A DNA stretch of 64,000 nt, taken from NCBI RefSeq assembly GCF_037042905.1, contig NC_087251.1, forward strand, positions 11,968,001-12,032,000, written 5' to 3'. The position numbers were made by a program, and so were the translations under genes. The stretch comes from Lytechinus pictus (taxonomy: Eukaryota). The first letter of the stretch is position 1, and the number at the start of each line of letters is the position of its first letter. The notes beneath the pieces were generated by a model. It was not told the origin of the DNA. It did no database searches and saw nothing but the letters and a program-made list of their open reading frames with translations. Positions 15,001-27,400 of this stretch are shown one piece after another.

Positions 15001-18000
15001 GAAATATTGCTTCAGGTAGATTATCCACCTGGTAATGCATCCTGCATTGTAGGTGCATATAAGGGTGGAGAATGGGTAGCAGTAAACTGTACAGCTAATG
15101 TGGGAAGTCTACCAGCGAGGATTGAATGCTATCAGAATGATTTATGGATGCCTACCTTGACTGAACCTACAGTGAAAGAATCTTTGTTGAAACAGACTAT
15201 TCTCATTCAAAAATCACAGACAGCATTTTGTTGTTCTACCATTTTAAATGAAAACAAAGAGAGATGCAAGTGCAATGATACTGCACTATTTTTAGATGAT
15301 AACAGTACTATAATAGACCCTTGTCCTACCATTTCAACACAAACATCAATATCAACTACTGTATACAGAAATTCACACCCAAATGATCTCTCAACAACTG
15401 CAACAGCAACAACTATTCATTACAAAATAAAGAATCAGAAATCATATCTTATATTATACATATTGGTAGCTCTTCTGGTCATTGCTTTGTTCGTAGTGTG
15501 TGTAACTTTCTTCTATAAACAGAGAAAAATTAGCCAAGCCAACCGTAGTAATATTAAGTTAGAAGAGAATAGTAAAGATGATCAAGGAAGCATTACAGAG
15601 AGGCTGAATCAAAGTCAGGAATTATAGAGCTATGCAATGAATGAATACAAGTTAGGGAGAAAGAAAAGGCAATATATTTCTATTTCATATGATATACAAT
15701 CATTGGATTTTACAAATAGCCAGAAGAGGAATATTTCATTTCAAGCCTAGCTCATCTGCCACTTTACAGTGAATTATTAATATACAGACAGTGTACAAAT
15801 AATAGTTATTTTTACAGTTTTATATGGACTATATAGTAAAACATTAGATAAATGCTGTGACCTTTGAAAAGAGTGTCCATTTAAAATACTGTACTGTGAT
15901 TTATTCATTTATTTATTTAATAGAATATATTTATTCAGGTTCAGTAGATCAGCAAAAAGCTGTTAACATCGATGACCAGATGAAATCAGAATCACAACTA
16001 CAACAAATAACTCAAAACCATTTTTGTGAAATTAGGTCCTTATGTTTGATCAACAAATTTACATTTTAAAGAGTGATCCACTTATCATTCAGACACCTAT
16101 TTATTTATTTATTCATCTTTAAGCAATGGTCTTTCTCTTCTTTCTACATCATACAAATATTAAGATTATTTAGTCATCTTGAAAAATATTCATTATTAAG
16201 TAATTGTCAATATGGCTTTAGACCCCATCATTCATGTGACCTCGCAGTTGTTGATTTACAGGATCGAATAGTGACAAAGATAAATAATGGTCTTCATTCC
16301 TTAGGAATTTTTCTTGATCTTACTAAAGCATTTGATCTTATAAACCATGATATATTGTTGTACAAACTGAAGAATTTTGGTATCCGAGGTATTCCATTAC
16401 AATGGTTTCATAATTACTTAACAAATAGAACTCAGTACACTTTATTCAAAAATTGCTCCTCTTCTTTTACAAATATTACTTCAGGTATTTCTCAAGGTTC
16501 AATTCTCGGTCCTTTGATTTTTCTACTATACAGTGCATATCAAAAAAAAGTTTACACTTTGAAAAAATCCTGTAAAATTATACATTTGTAATATCCTGAA
16601 GATTTTTCCACATTTTAACATTGGTACAGATCCATTTGAGCAAATGACGATATAACTGTCGAAAAATATTTCCGCTTGAGTAAGCACCACTTACTTTTAA
16701 AAAGTTAGTGAAAAATGATTTGCGCAGAACTTTGAAATAGTTATGCGAATAAACTTAGACCTTAATCATGAAGAACACGTGGAATTTAGCTAGTAAAATT
16801 GATTTGAAGATATCTTTTATCTTTTTTGACTTGTTTCCTTGCCCAAAACACTTCGAAGAGTGCATTTTGCCCCATCCCAATCCCCCACACACCGAGGCCA
16901 TCGTGACGATATTTGCTTTACACTGAGCTGTGATATACGTGGACTGGCTTAAGCTTGATTTTCATTTTGTTAATCATTACCAAGCTTGGGTAAAGTGTGG
17001 AGAAACAAGTATTAAATGAAAAATGAAATATAAACCCACTTTCAATGATAAAAACTTAGTGAAAAAATGCTGGAGATGTCTGATATAAACTTTTGTTCAG
17101 ATTTAGTTATGTCCTCAGATCCAGCTGGCACAAAAAGGGTAAACGTTGTGCTTACTAAGTGTTGAAATTTCAATTTGGGTGGCAAAATTGTTACAAAATG
17201 CTTGAATGTATCCGTTTTATTTCAATTGACTAAAAGTGCATGGGAAGTGTATGAGAAATGTTTCGCAGGGTGAGTTTGATTTCGCCCTTTCCCCTTGAAA
17301 CAGCGTGAAAACGAGCATTTCTGCGCAAACAGATTTCTGCGAGCTTTACAAAAATGGACAGTGCTCACTCAAGTGTAACATTCTGACAAAACTTTTACTT
17401 TCATTGGATAGATGAGACCCAAACCCAAGATTATATGTGGAAAAATTACCCACATGTTGTATATTTTTTAATTCCCAGGGCTTTTTCAAAGTGTAAACTT
17501 TTTTTTGATATGCACTGTATATTAATGATTTAAGTAAATTATCAGACTTTTTTGAGTTTTTCTTATTTGCTGATGACACCACAATTATTGCATCAGATCA
17601 TAATCTTTTTAATTTAATAAACAAAACAAATAGTGAACTGATTAAAATTACTTACTGGTTTAATGCAAACAAACTAATTGTCAACTATGAAAAAACAAAT
17701 TTTTTATATTTCTCAAACAAAAATACTGTTCATATTCAATTGAATATTTCCTTAATTATGAATAATGTCAATCTTACAATGACCAGAAATGTTAAATTTC
17801 TTGGAGTCACCCTTGATGATAAGATTAATTTCAGTGAGCAAAGATTGGAAATATGTAGGAAAGTATCAAAAAGTATAGGCATTTTATTTAAACTCCAATC
17901 TATTCTTCCTGAAAAACATCTGATAATGCTATACAATTCTTTAATCCTTCCTTATTTACAATACTGTAATATAGCATGGGGAGGGACAGGTTCAACAAAA

Positions 18001-18367
18001 CTTGAACCCTTGCACAAACTTCAGAAAAAGGCTTTACGAATTTGTACATCTTCTCATTTCCTTGCCCATTCTCAACCAATATTCTTTAGACTTAAAACGG
18101 TGAATATTTTTGATATTCATGCTTACCAAACTGCTATTCTAATGTTCAAACTAAAAAAACAATATTACCTAGCAATATCTCTTCATTTTTTCAACAAAAT
18201 AAGCATATTCATTCTTACAATACCCGACAAAGTTCAAAATTACACTCTTCAAAAGTAGAAAATGATCGCTCACTGAGATTAATCCGTCATCAAGGTCCTC
18301 GGATATGGAATACTCTGAATGTGAATGTTACATCATGCAGCTATTTAAACTCTTTTAAACAAAAATG

Positions 18368-18406
<39 letters not shown>

Positions 18407-21400
18407 TTTTCTCACTCTCTAATAATTGGATAATATGAATATACATTGTGCTTTACCGGTATTTGATGCGTCTCACTCTTTGTGGCTGGTCCACTTGAAA
18501 CCTTTTTTTATTTTTTAATTTTTTTTTTTTCATTTACAAATTTTAGAGTGACTTGTTCCAGGCACAATTGACTAAGCACATATACCTCCCCCCCCCCCCT
18601 GCCTGTGTGATTGACTGTGTGGTGTGGACGTGTTTGTGTTGTTTTTGCTTTGTTACTCTGTTTAAACGCTTTTTTAATCATCTTCTTTGTGTACACAATC
18701 TACTAAATTTTTGTTCCTGGGGGGAACATTTAACCCACAAGCTTCGCTTTTTAGTTCCCCCCTTTTTCCTCATCTACTATATTATTGTACATGAATTATG
18801 AAATGCATTTATAATGTTATTTGTTGTAAATATGATTTTTTTTTTACAGATATGGAAATAAAGACATTGAATTGAATTAAAAATTGAAAAATTGAACATT
18901 CTCCTTGTAGAGGATGGGGACTGATCTTCTTGGTAAATTCAAGCAGTGAACCTATTATTGGGGGGGGGGGGGTTGAACCAATGTATCATCCCCTACCCAA
19001 GAATAGTACTGTATATCATGTACATATGTATTTATGCTAATGTCCTCTTTCATGCACTCTGTTCATTCACCAATTCCACTTTTTTAAAAATCTTCCTTGA
19101 TGCAACTCATCCATCTTTTTCTCAGTCTTCCTCCTTTTCATTCCCTTTTCCTTTTGAATTGTGTACTTCTCTCGGCTCTCTTATGTTCCCATTATATACT
19201 TATACCTTGAAGTTGAAAATGAATTTATTTCAACTTAAATATTTTCCTTCCGTTGTGCTGTAAAGAAAAACAGATATTGCTCAAATAACTTGAGGGAAAT
19301 ATGTAAGAGGGGACTCTTGAGGAAGTCATATAAAACATATCTATTCATATTTTCATGTACTATATGTAAATAACTCTATTTATATTTTCATGTACTGTAT
19401 GTAAATATGTCTGCTCATATTTTCTTTCTTTGTCATTATTTTAGAACCAATTACAAGAATACATTATAGTACTTTTTTTCTATTGTTATATTAGGTATAC
19501 ATTTCATATTTTACGATATTTATTTATGCTTATCTATGATAATTTGTATTGTATAATATTATTGTTTATATCGAGTTGTTGATTTTGTTGGAAATATGAA
19601 ATGTTGATATGAATAAACCTTGAACCTTGATATTTTCATGTAATGTATACATGTATATAACAGTTTTATGGCTTTTACCACTGTATATATTTTCATGCAC
19701 TGTATGTAAATAACTCTACCGTTATTCATAATTTCATGTACTGTATACATGTCTGTTACAGTTTTATGGCTGAATGTAAACAAGGCAAAAGTGATTTTGT
19801 GTCTCGCCCACTTATGAAAATAACCAGAAATATCGTGATTTGCGAGGGCACGCAACAGAATTGTATCGAAACTTCATTGTGAAATGACTGGGATGGAATA
19901 ACACTTGTCATAAGAGCCTTGCACGTAAACTTTAATGTTGACCTGAAAATGACCTTTGACCTTATCATGTGACCTCCAACTGCAGCATAACATGCAGGTC
20001 ACCTAAGTAAATATACCATCCAAGTTTTGTTGAAAAGTGACTTACGGTTGCGGAGTTAGGTGTCATAAGAAAGTCTTGCATGTAAACTTTAACATTGACC
20101 TGAAAATGACCTTTGACCTAACCATGTGACCTCCGACTGCAGCATAACATGCAGGTCCCTCAAGTCCATCTACCATCCAAGTTTGGTTGTAAAGCGACTT
20201 ACGGTTGCGGAGTTAGGTGTCATAAGAGTCTTGCATGTAAACTTTAACGTTGACCTGAAAATGACCTTTGACCTTACCATGTGACCTCTGACTGCAGCAT
20301 AACATGCAGGTCCCCCAAGTCCATCTACCATCCAAGTTTGGTTGAAAAGTGACTTATGGTTGCAGAGTTAGGTGTCATAAGAGAGTCTTGCATGTAAACT
20401 TTAACGTTGACCTGAAAATGACCTTTGACCTTACCATGTGACCTCCGACTGCAGCATAACATGCAGGTCCCTCAAGTACATCTACCATCCAAGTTTGGTT
20501 GAAAAGCGACTTACGGTTGTGGAGTTATGTGTCATTAGGTTTGTGACGGACGGACGACAGACGACATTTGGATCCCTAAGTCTCGCCTTCACCCCTGGTG
20601 GGCGAGACAAAAAGAAATGTGTTTATTTTGTATTGCTTTTACAAAACGAGGTTGATTCATGAGACAATAGAACAACAGAATATGGAAATAAAAAAATAAT
20701 GCTGAATACAATAAAAAGCATTTATACGTGTTATACTATTAAACTTGCCCTAACCTTGTGAAAGAGTTGAATAAATATTGTATGTAAAACTTGTCATGTA
20801 TATACCTCTGTTTATATTTTCATGTACTGTATATAAATACTTCTATTCATATTTTCATGTAATGTATACATGTAAATGTATAAATGCAGTCCTTAACCGC
20901 TTCCTTTTCTGGTCAGTATATTAAAAATTTCAGTTCGCGTTTCGCGCTCGTGTTAATTCTTTAGTTAGTTGCGCATCTTTTTTATGATTACAAAAACAGC
21001 TTGGAATATATAATTTTTATGTCTTAATACATAAAACGTCCAGAAGTTTGAGCTTGTGATTCGCACTGGCAACATCTCACAAGAATGCCCTTTAAACAGT
21101 GATTATCACCATAATTGACAAAAAATCGAGTTTTACAACTTCAAAATTGAATTTTTTCAAAACCACTTGCTCGCTACGCTTTCTCCTGGAAAAGTACAGC
21201 CTAAATCAAAATATCTACATCATCAATTAGAAATCACTTAAAAAAGGCTTTGCTCAACTTAATTTCTACAAAATACACAACTACATGTACTCCACACAGT
21301 TTGAAAATATCTGTTTGCACCATGCCCATTTTTGCTTTGACCTCCCTCCCCACCCAAACAAAAATATGTTTTGTCCCAGGGAGTGGAGAAATACATACGT

Positions 21401-24400
21401 TGAGAATGGGCATGCCAGCATCAGGATGGCCTTGGTAATAATAATCATTGCAATGTAAATCGCCTAGAAAAAAAAATGTATTAAATGTACAAAGGTAACT
21501 ATATTATTATTTTAATATTATATCTAAATCTATCATTATTTTTGTTTTACATAATGGAGAAGGGTCAAAATTTGTACTCACTCACATTCACACCTTTCAA
21601 ACATTTTGCCCTGTGTGACATGTCTGCTGCCTAAGCATCGTTGACTCACTGTTCTGTATGTCGTAAGTTTGAAATGCCTTGGCATTGAGGTTTTCAGGCC
21701 TTGGGTTTCCATGCCTCAAGTTGGCCTTGGGTATTGAAGCCTTGGCCTTGGAGGTTTGAGCCTTGACTACAACACTGACATGTATATTACAGTTTTATGG
21801 CTGAATGAAAAAAAATGTTTCTTTTTTATTGCTTTTACAAAACGAGGTTGTTTGATGAGACAATAGACAGACTGGATTCGGAGATAAAACATGTTGAATG
21901 ACATCAAAAGCATTATTTCTCTTGGCTCTTTTTTATGTTCTCATCACAAAATTATACCTTGAACGTGAATTTATTTCAATTTTCCTTCGGTTGTCTTGTA
22001 AAGACAAAAAAGATATTGCTCAAATTTCTTGAGGGAAATAAGCTTGTACACAAAGATTATATAGATGATGATGATTGGTTGTGATGATGACGATAGTGGT
22101 GATGATGATAGTGGAGGTGAAGATGATGATGAATGGTGTTGATGATGGTGACGATAGTGGTGATGGTGATGACAGTGGAAATAAGGATGATGATGATTGG
22201 TGGTAATGATGATGAAAATAGTGGTGATGATAGTGGAGGTGAAGATGATGATGATTGGTGTTGATGAAGGTGACAATAGTGGTGATGGTGATGATAGTGG
22301 AGATAAGGATGATGATAATTGGTGGTAATGATGATGAAGATAGTGGTGATGATGATAGTGGAAGTGAAGATGAAATTGATGATGATCATGGTGATGTTGA
22401 CGACGATAGTGGTCATTATAACGATGGTATGATGATGAAGAAGATGATGATGTTGATGGTGATGATGTTAATGGTGATGATTAAAATCACGATGATGATG
22501 AAGATTATGATGGTGGTGGTTAGCTTCCAACCATGTTCACTCATGATACTTATGACCACTCGTCCTATAAATGATCAGTCTTGAGTGCACTCTAAACACT
22601 TCATTATCACATACACCAGATTAAATAAAACATCTAAAAAATGCAGACTCCTTCAACAGAACTGAATGGGCAATATCAAGTATGGTGTTGAAATCTGGTG
22701 TTGGTGTTGTCACAACACCAACACCAGCCACAACACCGTAATTGAAATGATGCTGGCGTTGGGATTGACCTCGGTAAATATGACGTTTTTCCGGCAGTTT
22801 TTGTTGAGCGCTGGTGTTGACGATCTACGTGTAATTTCCCCATTCACCAACACAAACCCCTAGGGATTGGGAAAATTGTGATTTCAAGTTTGGTGTTGGT
22901 GATTTAAAGCCCACAAAAAGGCGGTGAACAGGATGAAATATCCCCATAAATTTAGATTTTTACAATTAAGATGAGTGTAAATCATTAAACCCTTATGAAA
23001 TTGAATAGACAATAATGTTTACTCTTTCAGATTCTTAAAGCGATTTTCGACTTTGCAATCTGTACTATGAGATATTACTGTAATTTGTCCACGATTTCAC
23101 TTTTGTCATCGAGAAGTTCTTGCGTAAACTTGAGATGATCAGCAGCGCAGCACAGAGGCATGACATCATAAGCTATTGATAACCCAATCGGTATTGTACC
23201 TCTGAACCCAGCTCGGTGTTGGAGCTCGGTTCAGCAGACTTTTCACGCTCTCAACACCAACACTGAACTTGAAATCACCCAATGTCTGTTGAAAAGTCTT
23301 GAGTTTGGCTTTGAAGTGACCTTTTAGCACTGAACAGGCAGAATCTGATCTTGCAATTCTACATTTGCACAATTGTGTGAAATTCTAAAATGCAAATTTG
23401 TGTCAAGTCAGGTTAAGGGGTAGACCACTCTGACATCAAGATGATTTGCATGAAGTAAAACTACAATAAATTCAGCTAGTGATGATTTGAGCAGCATACA
23501 TATGGTTTGCTTTTGTACACACACGAAACAAACACAATCAAATGGTCAGCACAGCATCAAATTCAACTTCCAAATTATCTGATCTTTTGATAAAATCCTT
23601 TAAATACATAGGATCATACAAAGCATGTTGACCATGCATGCCAGGGTAATCCTATTCAACCTCGTATTCACTCTTCAATTCATGAAAACTAGATACAAGT
23701 CACAGCAATAACGATGGAATGTACAATTGCTGATATCATTATGACATTTTCTTCGGCGACAATTGCTCCAATGGAAAATCTGCATGTTAAGCCAAACATT
23801 AAATCTAACCCCTCAAACTGAATCCTTATCCTGATCATTATCTTTACTTTATTCTGAACCAAAAGGTCTACTACAATCCCAACTCTTATCCTATATTAAG
23901 ACCGGAGCAAATGTTGTAAGAGCAAATGTCATGTCACTGTGTGGGTACTTGAGGAATATAATCTTGAGTACAATTGATACACAAATTCAAGCAACTGCAA
24001 GCATGTTCTCTAGTTGCTTAATGAAAAAAATCCAATAACACCACCCATGTTTTTTAGTGGTGAAATGATGACGGGTCTAAAGCCACTTTGTCTCTTGCCC
24101 CTTTGGTCTCATCGTAGATAGTAGTCATTTCATTTACAACCAGTCTTTTGGTATAATCGCCATTATGTTTCTTTACCATTTTTTCTAATTCCCATTTAGG
24201 TTACCATTCAGTCTATTCAATGTAAGTACACCAATTAGGTCTATATTGTAATTTTATTTTATTTTACTTTGTCAAATTTTCATTTGACAAAGTACAAAAG
24301 ACTAGATACTCATAAGTGGGAATTAGACCAACTGGCATTAGACTAAATTAGCATTAGACTAATGAGGGGTGTTGCAAGAAAGTTTCAATCAATTGCAAGT

Positions 24401-27400
24401 GAATCTTGGGTCCCAAAATCAATCACACATCTTGCAATTAATTGCAAATATATACTTTATTGCTGGGATGCTCCTTATAACTCACAGTAAAAATCAATTT
24501 TCCATGGGCACAGTTAATATATCAATTGTAAATTTGCATCAGAAATTTGCAATTGATCGCAAATATTTTCTTGCAACACCCCTCAGTGGGTATTCGACCA
24601 AGTGTAGAAGAGACCAAAGTGATAATCGACCAAATTGGTTTAGCCCATGTGTTATCAGACTATCTGAGATGTGGACCGACTGCTACCACGTTAATATATA
24701 ACCCTTTTAGTAGTCTTTTGTTTTGTTTACCAAAGAAGATTTGCAAGTACTTTACCTTAGTCAACCCAGGCAAGGAGAAGACAGCAGCAGCAAAAAGCTG
24801 AAAGAGAAGGAGAAATATGTGAACATTAAAAGTGTAATAATCTATGCTCTTCCATTTTCACAAGAGGTCGTTTTTCAATATGGATTGAAAAAATAAATCA
24901 TAAATATTGAAAATACATGAAACATACAGGCTCGTTTTCTGATAGCAGGTTTAACTTAAACTCGAGTTTAAAGTTGTGGTTTAATTATGGATAGCCAATT
25001 GTTACATAAATCACTAACAGTAGAGATATCATACTTCAGCTCACTTGGCTCTCAAATCATTCTAGGATTGTCTAGGAAATATAAATAGATGATTGTCTTC
25101 ACCATCGATGAATCAGGAAAGAGCACAGTAAACACAAGAAACATACAACTTAATAAAAATTTTGATACTTTTGGCTTCCCATACTTAAACTACAACTTTA
25201 AACCTGATATAACTTCTAACCAATTAATAAGACTGCCTTTAGAGAGCCAGATAAGTAATAAAATGGTGCACTTTTACCTACAAACATGAAAAATAACACA
25301 GCAGTAGAACCTCAAATAACAAGCTTAAGAAGAGGAGCCACCTGAAAAGGGTCAAAGGTCACATGTGGTGGCCATTTAAAAAAAATTTTTTTTGCTATAT
25401 CCCATATTGGATTATCAAACCTCAATTGCTAGATAACCATGGGGGAATCATTTGACGAAGTAAAATTAAGATTGGGCTACCTTTCGACCCTCTTAAGATG
25501 CAAAAATTGAAAAGGAAAATTGCTACCAGTATTGATTTCTATAAAGTCAAAAAGGGGCCTAAGCTTTCGATCCTAGCAGAATCTTCGTCGGAGGCAAAAT
25601 GAGTATTGATTTCTAGCGCACATGAACTTATAGATGAACAAACGATATCCTCCATTCCATATGGACCCCATCCTACTTGATTCTTACCTTATCCAATACA
25701 CTCTCCACATGCTGCTTGGAATGATATAGTACAGGAAACAAGGTTGATATACAGGTAAGCTGGAAAGACAGTATCACTGGGTCCTAAACAAAACAAAAAC
25801 AACAAACATGATTGGCTTTGGTAACAAAACTGATTACAAAAGTAATAATGTCATAGTCATTTGATATCACTACGGTTCCAAAAATAATGCTTTTGAATAA
25901 ACCTTGTTCTAAAAGTGATAAAATCTTGGGTAATTATGTCTGTAATGTTCATGTGAAAAATAAAAATGCTATCTTGATTACAATAACGCAAACAATCATT
26001 TCATCATTAACATGTTTACTAAATGAACTCTTGGGGTTATTTACAATAGATCTGCACACTATGGTGTTCACCTGTAATCAAAGCTTCATATGGGGAGGTA
26101 AAAAAAAAAGAGGTTCAAGCCCAGGTACTGTCTTTCAACGTTAAAGGTCAATCCAAGATGTACATAATCATACGTGATTGATACATACCAATAAAAACTC
26201 AATTACCCATACATACACACACACACATGTAACATCAGGAAAGTATATAGTGTATAGAGATAGAACATAGAGCAGGAATGAGATTCCAGTAAAAATATTA
26301 TACCATTCCCAAAGTAAAACTATGGATTCATATTAGATTCCAATCAGGAATGAATAACGAAAATCCATACCTCTATTCTAGTGTTGAGAGTTGCTTGGAG
26401 AAGTTCTACAGCTTGTTGTGTTGGTAACTGATCCTTCTTGATCAAGGCTGTTATTACAACATCAAGGTAATTAGACATAGCATCCCATCTGATTGCTGAT
26501 GGACAAAGATTTGTACACAGCTCCTTACCTACAATATCAAGACACATTAGTATGTGTGTTAGTTTTCATTGGGAGCATGAAAGCATTTGGATGTGGAAGA
26601 GATTATTATTTGCCTTGTGTGAAAGTCATTATCTCATTTTCTCTGGCCTGACACTTGCTTTACCCTAAGCCTAGCTTGGCCCCAAAATAATTCTCATTGG
26701 TACAATGAGTTTGCTTTCCCTTAAAGAAATCTTTATTAGGTATTTCCTTGCTTTTCACAATGTCTGGGGTCAGCAAATAACAACCCACTCCCCATCAAAG
26801 CTGACACCTATATTGATTTAAAACTACTATTTAATTCTGATTGAGATACAATATTAGTCAAATTGGGCACCTACGATCAAATTTCTGGGCAATTCCACAA
26901 AATAAATCAACTTTTTTTGTATGTCCGGCCCACCAATTCATGAACAGCTAAAGCCACAATAATTTGAGAGCATTACACCTTTGATATGAAGCACAAAACC
27001 GACAAGTACTTTCTGGAAGGTTTGCATTATGGAGTCGAATGTCCATACTTTAATCTAAGCTGCATAATAATTCACAAAAAACACCTTTCATATGATAATA
27101 AAATACTAACTTCACTGACCTAATTGACCTTGATCATGTGGCCTAAAACTTGTGCAAAATGATGAGTGATAGTTGACTAACCTTGTGTTTAAGATTCATG
27201 GAATAGATCCATTTACTTTCAAAGTTATGATGAAATTTCAAAAACTTAAGATTTCAATGTTGATGCCGCTGTCAGAAAAGCGGCACCTTTAGTATCACTC
27301 CGCTATGCAGGCGAGACAAAGTCAGTATAGCCTGAATGGTAAACCTGAACCCTATTTGGTCAGTTGGATGATATAACCCTATTTAATGATACTTTGGATC

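Noticed and set aside
21971..22584. His/Ile/Met/Asp-rich ORFs on both strands
   Set aside because: Translations of the (GAT)n microsatellite
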